A program made the position numbers and the translations under genes. This document shows, piece by piece, positions 58,819 to 64,000 of a stretch of DNA of 64,000 bases; positions within the stretch are counted from its first letter, which is position 1; each line of letters starts with the position of its first letter. The stretch lies in contig CBDAON010000004.1 in the NCBI GenBank assembly GCA_965198065.1, positions 64,001 through 128,000 of the forward strand. The letters are read 5' to 3'. The notes below the pieces were generated by a model, which ran no database searches, was not told where the DNA came from, and saw nothing but the letters and a program-made list of their open reading frames with translations. Source of the DNA: Longimicrobiales bacterium (GTDB taxonomy: Bacteria; Gemmatimonadota; Gemmatimonadetes; Longimicrobiales; Gaopeijiaceae).

Positions 58819-61203
58819 ATGCATCATCGAAATCAGCTTCGAATTCACGGGACGAGCGCACGCCGAACGCTCGAAGCTCTGGTAGTCACCGTCGCGCTCC
58901 TTGGAGGCGGAGATCTTTCCGCCCAGCAGACCGGGCAGATCGCCGGGCAAGTGACGAGCGAGGACGGCTCGCCCGTAGTCAGGGCCACGATCCGTGTGCC
59001 AGGTGAGAACCTGCAGGGAACTACGGCGACCGACGGGCGCTTCGTCATCCCCCGCGTGCCTGCCGGCTCCTATGAGGTGGAGATCTACGCGCTGGGCTAC
59101 GGGGACGCGACCCAGCAGGTGCAGGTATCCGCGGGCGGCGTGGGAACGTTGAACGTCCAGCTGGAGGTTCGTCCGGTGGAGGTGCTGGGTGTTCAGGTCC
59201 ACGTTCTCCGCCCCGACCTGCGACACACGGCCCAGATCGAGGCGGACGCGGTTCGCGAGTCCAATCCACGGGACGTGGGCGATGCGCTGAGGGCGATCGC
59301 CGGCGTGGACGCGGTGCGGCGCGGACCCATCGGACTCGACCCGTCGATCCGGGCGCTCCGCGAAACCCAGGTGGGCACTTACATGAACGGCACGCGCCTC
59401 TTCCCGGCCGGCCCGGCCCGCATGGACTCCCCGCTGACCCACCTGGATCCGAGCGCGATCCAGCACATAGAAGTCGTGAAGGGTCCCTACGCCCTCACCT
59501 GGGGGGCCGGGAACATGGCTGCAATCCGCATCGAGACCCGGTCCGTACCGCCCCAGATCCCGGGAGGGCTTCGCGGCACTCTGTCTGCCGGGTACGACAC
59601 CAATCTGGAGGCTCAGGAGTATTCGGGAACCCTGTTCGGCAGCAGCGAGCGCGTGGCCTACTGGGGCCACGGCGTGTGGCGCACCGGGACGGACTACGAG
59701 ACAGGATCGGGCGACGTGATTCCGGCCGACTTCGACTCCTGGGAGGCCCGGGGACAGCTCGGCTACCGGACCGGCGACGCCTCCTGGCTGAGCTTCGACA
59801 TGGGCTACCAGAAGCAGGGCCCGATCGACTATCCGGGCCGCCTTCTAAGCGCCAAGTCCTTCAAGACGAACAACCTCGCGGCCGAGTGGGAGCTGGCCCG
59901 CGCCCAAGGGCTCCTTCGCAACATCGATCTCCTGGTCTACCTGAACAGCGTGGACCACCAGATGGACAACACGGACAAGCCGACGCGCATGGCCATGGAG
60001 GGACGGGTGCCCCCCTTCGCCCTGGACGTGCTGGTGGACTCCCATATCGACGTCACTGGGGGCCGGGCCGCCATCGAGTTGGTCTCGGAGGGCGGCTGGG
60101 ACGTGGAGATCGGGGGTGACGCATACAGCGCTAAGCGGGACGCGGACCGCTTCATCGACGCCCTGGATCCCAACCAGATGACGCCGCCGCTGTTCCCCTT
60201 CCACGACCGGATGTGGCCGGACGCGACGATCACCGACGTAGGTCTATGGACCCGGGCGGACCGGCCCCTGGCCAACAGGCTGAGCCTTTCCGCGGCGGTG
60301 CGCCTCGACCTCGTCTCCGCGGACGCAAAGGACGTGTCCGACACCTTCCTCGACTATGCCGGGGCCACCCGGGCCGACGTGGACGCGTCGGAGACCAATT
60401 TCAACGCGGCCGCCACGCTCAGCGCCAACCTGGGCTCCAACTGGAGCCTTTCGACCGGAGCCGGCTCGGTAGTCCGGACCGCCGACGCCTCCGAGCGCTA
60501 CGGAGACAGGATTCCGGGCACCAGGGCCCAGCTCACCACCGAATTCCTGGGCAACCCCCACCTCGATCCCGAGCGAAGCACCCAGGGCGACATCTGGCTC
60601 GAAGGCCGCTTTCCCAACCTGAGCCTGGACGCCAACGTCTTCGCCCGCCGGGTCAGCGACTACATCACCATCGTTCCGAGGGACCCGGCGGAGGTACCCT
60701 TCCTGCTCCCACTGACGGGCTCGCTCGGCAACACGAACGTCGTCCAGTATGTGAACGGAGAGGCCGACTTCTGGGGGGTGGAGGCATCCGTCGCCTACCG
60801 CTGGAGCGAACGGTTCTCGACAACCGTGGTCGGCGAGTATCTGCGGGGCGACGACACGGAGCTGGACGAGCCGGCCTTCGGGGTCGCCCCGGTGCAGGGT
60901 CGCCTCCGGCTCCGCTACGAAGAGTCGGGGGCCGGATACTTCCTCGAGAGCCTGGTGACCGCAGTAGGGAAGCAGGACCGCCTGGCTGTGAGCCGGGGCG
61001 AGGGCACCCCGACCCCCGGATACGCGACGGTCGATCTACAGGGTGGATTTCAGCCCTATGTAGGAGTGCAAGTCCGTGCCGGGGTAAACAACGCGCTCGA
61101 CAAGCAGTACTACGACCACCTGAACGCGAAGAACCCTTTCTCCCGGACGCCGATTGCCGAGCCGGGCCGCATCTTCTTCATCCGCCTGACCTATTCGTAC
61201 TAG
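58819..61203 (+). CDS. TonB-dependent receptor, OprC (copper receptor)-like, with N-terminal CarboxypepD_reg domain
   Basis: RBS GAGGAG; plug DPSIR..AGPARMDSP..IEVVKGPYA; DHQMDN; GNPHLDPE; C-terminal EPGR..RLTYSY. Confidence 0.88.
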   Translation: MHHRNQLRIHGTSARRTLEALVVTVALLGGGDLSAQQTGQIAGQVTSEDGSPVVRATIRVPGENLQGTTATDGRFVIPRVPAGSYEVEIYALGYGDATQQVQVSAGGVGTLNVQLEVRPVEVLGVQVHVLRPDLRHTAQIEADAVRESNPRDVGDALRAIAGVDAVRRGPIGLDPSIRALRETQVGTYMNGTRLFPAGPARMDSPLTHLDPSAIQHIEVVKGPYALTWGAGNMAAIRIETRSVPPQIPGGLRGTLSAGYDTNLEAQEYSGTLFGSSERVAYWGHGVWRTGTDYETGSGDVIPADFDSWEARGQLGYRTGDASWLSFDMGYQKQGPIDYPGRLLSAKSFKTNNLAAEWELARAQGLLRNIDLLVYLNSVDHQMDNTDKPTRMAMEGRVPPFALDVLVDSHIDVTGGRAAIELVSEGGWDVEIGGDAYSAKRDADRFIDALDPNQMTPPLFPFHDRMWPDATITDVGLWTRADRPLANRLSLSAAVRLDLVSADAKDVSDTFLDYAGATRADVDASETNFNAAATLSANLGSNWSLSTGAGSVVRTADASERYGDRIPGTRAQLTTEFLGNPHLDPERSTQGDIWLEGRFPNLSLDANVFARRVSDYITIVPRDPAEVPFLLPLTGSLGNTNVVQYVNGEADFWGVEASVAYRWSERFSTTVVGEYLRGDDTELDEPAFGVAPVQGRLRLRYEESGAGYFLESLVTAVGKQDRLAVSRGEGTPTPGYATVDLQGGFQPYVGVQVRAGVNNALDKQYYDHLNAKNPFSRTPIAEPGRIFFIRLTYSY

Positions 61204-61252
61204 ACGGGTCGACTCCCGTCGCACCGCGCGGGCGGAAGCAAGAGGAAAGCGA

Positions 61253-61281
61253 GACGGGCCCGGGGTCTCCCCGGGCCCGTC
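61253..61281. terminator. Hairpin between the convergent TBDR and GlcG-like genes
   Basis: 13-bp perfect stem GACGGGCCCGGGG-TCT-CCCCGGGCCCGTC. Confidence 0.6.
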
Positions 61282-61317
61282 CCAAGGTTTCCGCAATCGT
61301 CCCCCTCGCCCCCAGCC

Positions 61318-61600
61318 TCAGTTGGCGATGGCGTCCGCCCCGGCCTGGGAGATCTGCTCGTCGTCGACCGCCCGCACGCCGCTGGTCCCGATCGCCCCAA
61401 TCAGCTGACCGCCGCGCAGGATCGGGACGCCGCCCGCGAAGGTCACGCCGTCGGGGACCTGCGGTACGGTACCGGCCTCGAGGGCGCTGTCCGTACACCG
61501 CGGTCGTGAGGCCCGTAGCCGCGACGGTGGCCGCCTTCCGCATCGCGACGTTGTAGGAGCCGGCGGAGGCGCCGTCCACGTCGTTCGCACAGTCACCGAG
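61318..61600 (-). pseudogene. GlcG/HbpS heme-binding protein fragment (5' truncated, frameshifted)
   Basis: DGA..SYNVAMRKAAT in one frame; FAGGVPI..GQLIGAIGTSG..DEQISQAG in another. Confidence 0.75.
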
Positions 61601-62168
61601 AATAGCCGGACATTGAAGTTCACGAGCCACGGCTTCGAAAAGGAATAGGCTGAGGATTTCGATGCCGCCGTAAGCTACCTTATGGCAGCCTTTGCATTCG
61701 CGACCGGAACCCTACTCTGCCGGCATCGTCCGGTCGGTTCGGATTCCTGGGTGCGGGGCTCGCCCTTTTTGGTGCAGCGATGCGGCGGGCGGGTAACACG
61801 AGGATGGATACTCCTGTATCTGGTGTTGGTGCTCATCCTCCTAGAGCTCCTGTGAGCTGGAGTACGCCGGTCTCGTTCTTCCCATGCTGGACTCCTCTCT
61901 CCCAACTGAGTCGGTTCCACCTTATAGGGGGTGACTTCACTTGAAGACGAGTGCATCGTCGAAGCCTGCCTTGAAGCTCGCCCAAATTGTCCGGATCGCT
62001 GATCAGGCGAAAAACTGGACCCTACCCGCTGGAACACGGCCTACCTGGCTTCCTGGACGACGCAGATCCGGCGATGGCAGCAGCCCCAGCATACGGAAGT
62101 GATCGGCGTTGGCTTCGAGGCGGCCGCTGCGATACCCAAGCCACATCGATTGAGGAGCGACATGAGCC

Positions 62169-62320
62169 ATGGCCCTTCGCGCCGTGTTCATCGGAATCAA
62201 TAAGCACAGCGACCCCGGAATTCCTGAACTCACCGGCGCGACCAACGACGCCACGGCCCTCTGGGCACTCTTCAAGGATTCCGTCGAGGGTATCGATGAC
62301 CGGAGGCTCCTGGATCAAGC
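62169..62320 (+). pseudogene. Caspase-like (peptidase C14) domain N-terminal fragment
   Basis: RBS GAGGAG; MALRAVFIGINKH..IPELTGATNDATAL..LLD, then abruptly unrelated sequence. Confidence 0.65.
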
Positions 62321-62730
62321 GCGGCCTCGCTCCCGCGCGCGACGGTGCTCTTGAGTTCGGTGTCGAGCCGGATGCGCCGCACTGCTGCGCCCCGGTCGAG
62401 GAGGCGTTGCTGCTCCTTTCGGCAGGCGCGATAGACGGCGGTGTCGTGCGCGGCTTCGGCAGGCCGGGTACGGGCGAACCGGATTTCCTGGCTGGAATCC
62501 ATCCCCCGTTCGGCGGCCAGCTTCCGAGCTTCGGCCACGCCGCTGCGGGTGAGCGTCAGGACCTTGAACGGGTTGCCCCTGGGTCCGGTGGCCCGGGTCT
62601 CCTGGGCGAGCCCGTCGCGGACCCAAGCGTTCACGGCCCGCCGGGTGGTGTAGGGATGTCCGCCGAAGTGGGCCTCGGCGAGATCGCGGTACGATACGGC
62701 TCCGTAGACGCCGATGTCGGCAAGCGCACG
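62318..62730 (-). pseudogene. Replication-relaxation-like / winged-helix plasmid protein fragment
   Basis: ALADIGVYGAV..DLA..LTLTRSG..AAHDTAVYR..R..LDTELK; out of frame with ArdC; truncated. Confidence 0.4.
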
Positions 62731-63647
62731 GCCTCGCGCTCGCGGTGCCGGGCGAGCACGAAGTCGGAGATCTTCTGCGCGTCGGCGGCGGCGCGCCGGA
62801 TCTCGCGGGGGTCCTCCTCGAGGGCGGCGACCCACTCCTCTACGTAGGCGGCGCCTCGGCTCGGGTCGTGGCCGACGCCCACGCGCTCGCCCGTCATCAT
62901 CGCGCTGATTTCCGCGCGGAGCTCCTCCTTCGCATAGGCCGGCGAGCCGAACCCTTCGGCGATCCCTTGGGTGAGCGTGTCGCGGTTCATCCGCTTGGGA
63001 TGGCCGGTGCTGTGCCCCAGCTCGTGGAGCACGGTCTGGTAGTAGTGGTTCGCGGAGGGGAACTGTCCCCGCTCGTGGAGCACGATCTCGTCGCGGTTCA
63101 GGTTGTAGAACGCCCGGTCCCCCGCCACGTGACGGACGGGGACCCCGCTGTCCTCGAGGACGCGTTCGGCCTGCTGGTGCACCTTCCAGAGCGGCTCGGC
63201 CGTGGGTGTGGGCCGGGCCGGTAGCCCGTCGGCCTGCTCGGCGTTGAACACGGTGTACTGGCGGACGTAGGGCACGGGCATCCGCTCGTAGCGGTGGACG
63301 CGCTTGCCTTCGTTGTCCCTGACGGGCCGTCCGCGCTCGTCGGTGACGGCGATCTTCCGGTGGTCCTGGAAGGAGAGGATGCGGGTGCCCTGCTCGCCCT
63401 TCCGGACCTGTCCGCCCCGGGCCTGGATCTGGCGGTAGGTGCCCCAGCGCACGTCGCCGTAGCCGCGCTCCTGCTGGACGGCGGCGAGGTGCAGGCTGTT
63501 CCCTCCGGCGTAGGAGCGTCCGGTATCGACGTTCGCGGGGAGCACGCGCTCGCCCGGCCCCCAGGGCTTCTGCCAGGGCGCGGTGCCCTGGCGGATCTGC
63601 TCGATGACCCGGTCGGCGAACTGGCGGTGGTATTCGTCGTGTTTCAT
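62631..63647 (-). CDS. ardC: ArdC-like ssDNA-binding/antirestriction protein (DUF1738 + zincin-like domain)
   Basis: GTAPWQKPW, Y.G.N, RWGTYRQ..GGQVRKGE, YTVFNAEQ, LHELGHSTGH, YAKEELRAE. Confidence 0.88.
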   Translation of the reverse strand: MKHDEYHRQFADRVIEQIRQGTAPWQKPWGPGERVLPANVDTGRSYAGGNSLHLAAVQQERGYGDVRWGTYRQIQARGGQVRKGEQGTRILSFQDHRKIAVTDERGRPVRDNEGKRVHRYERMPVPYVRQYTVFNAEQADGLPARPTPTAEPLWKVHQQAERVLEDSGVPVRHVAGDRAFYNLNRDEIVLHERGQFPSANHYYQTVLHELGHSTGHPKRMNRDTLTQGIAEGFGSPAYAKEELRAEISAMMTGERVGVGHDPSRGAAYVEEWVAALEEDPREIRRAAADAQKISDFVLARHREREAVRLPTSASTEPYRTAISPRPTSADIPTPPGGP

Positions 63648-63871
63648 CGGTCTTCCTCCTCGGGGCCGTGCGGATCCTCTCCGGCGTCGCGGATCTCGTC
63701 CTCGCTGCCCACGTCCTCGGAGAAGAGGCCGTACTCTTCGGCCAATGAGGCCGGCACCTCGAGGGCCTCGCCTCCGTCGCGCGCGAGCTCGCGGTCGAAG
63801 TCATCGAGCGTCTCGACGCGAACGATGTTCTCGTCGCTTGGCATGGCTTCACTCCTTTGTTTGTTGTTCAT
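63644..63871 (-). CDS. Small acidic hypothetical protein
   Basis: RBS GGAGG; stop overlaps the ArdC ATG (ATGA). Confidence 0.5.
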   Translation of the reverse strand: MNNKQRSEAMPSDENIVRVETLDDFDRELARDGGEALEVPASLAEEYGLFSEDVGSEDEIRDAGEDPHGPEEEDR

Positions 63872-64000
63872 CGTGCTTCCTCCGGGAGCCTGCGGTGACG
63901 ACCCGGTTGCGCCTCCCGAGCCTCCCAACCGGCCGCCGGCAGTGGCGGCGGCGATTACGGCCGCGGCGGTCCAGGCTGGCGAGACGCTCACCGTGGGACT

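Larger units (their letters stand above)
55674..64000. mobile_element. Decayed genomic island at tRNA-Pro (right end beyond window)
   Basis: Abrupt switch to lower-GC patches, an IS3 remnant, many gene fragments and ArdC; no attR seen. Confidence 0.7.

Noticed and set aside
61682..62160. Short ORF fragments (hydrophobic ..WILLYLVLVLILLELL*; WNTAYL Tn3-like word)
   Set aside because: Too short and degenerate to assign

Overview
High-GC bacterial chromosomal segment. Gene style and content (CarboxypepD_reg-like secreted proteins, PD40/Omp85, PIG-L/NEW3, cytochrome c-Cu monooxygenase) suggest Gemmatimonadota, but this is inference only. About 1-55,700 is mostly core or housekeeping DNA: dusB, tmRNA, an ECF sigma/anti-sigma locus with a secreted haloalkane dehalogenase and a divergent Trx/CcdA redox operon, a putative oxalate-activation triad, an NRAMP-like transporter, ppdK, PIG-L deacetylase plus ABC importer, pyc, lspA, CNNM, osmC, a PAS kinase, mlaEFD, Omp85, RidA, lpxH-like, lptE-hemC-rph-rdgB and tRNA-Pro(TGG). 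The most notable accessory element is a minus-strand operon at about 26.3-31.75 kb. It holds two tandem double-glycine-type leader precursor peptides (each with 2 Cys and GxxxG motifs), an ABC permease/ATPase pair, a C39-peptidase ABC exporter and a membrane protein. This reads as an unmodified two-peptide bacteriocin-like system whose transport genes are broken by frameshifts and an apparent internal deletion. Downstream of tRNA-Pro is a decayed genomic island running off the window end. It contains an IS3 remnant, DUF120-like and DUF4338 fragments, an intact OprC-like TonB-dependent receptor, GlcG and caspase fragments, and ArdC. Several single-base frameshifts in homopolymer runs suggest assembly indel errors. 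All family calls come from motif recognition by eye, not database searches.
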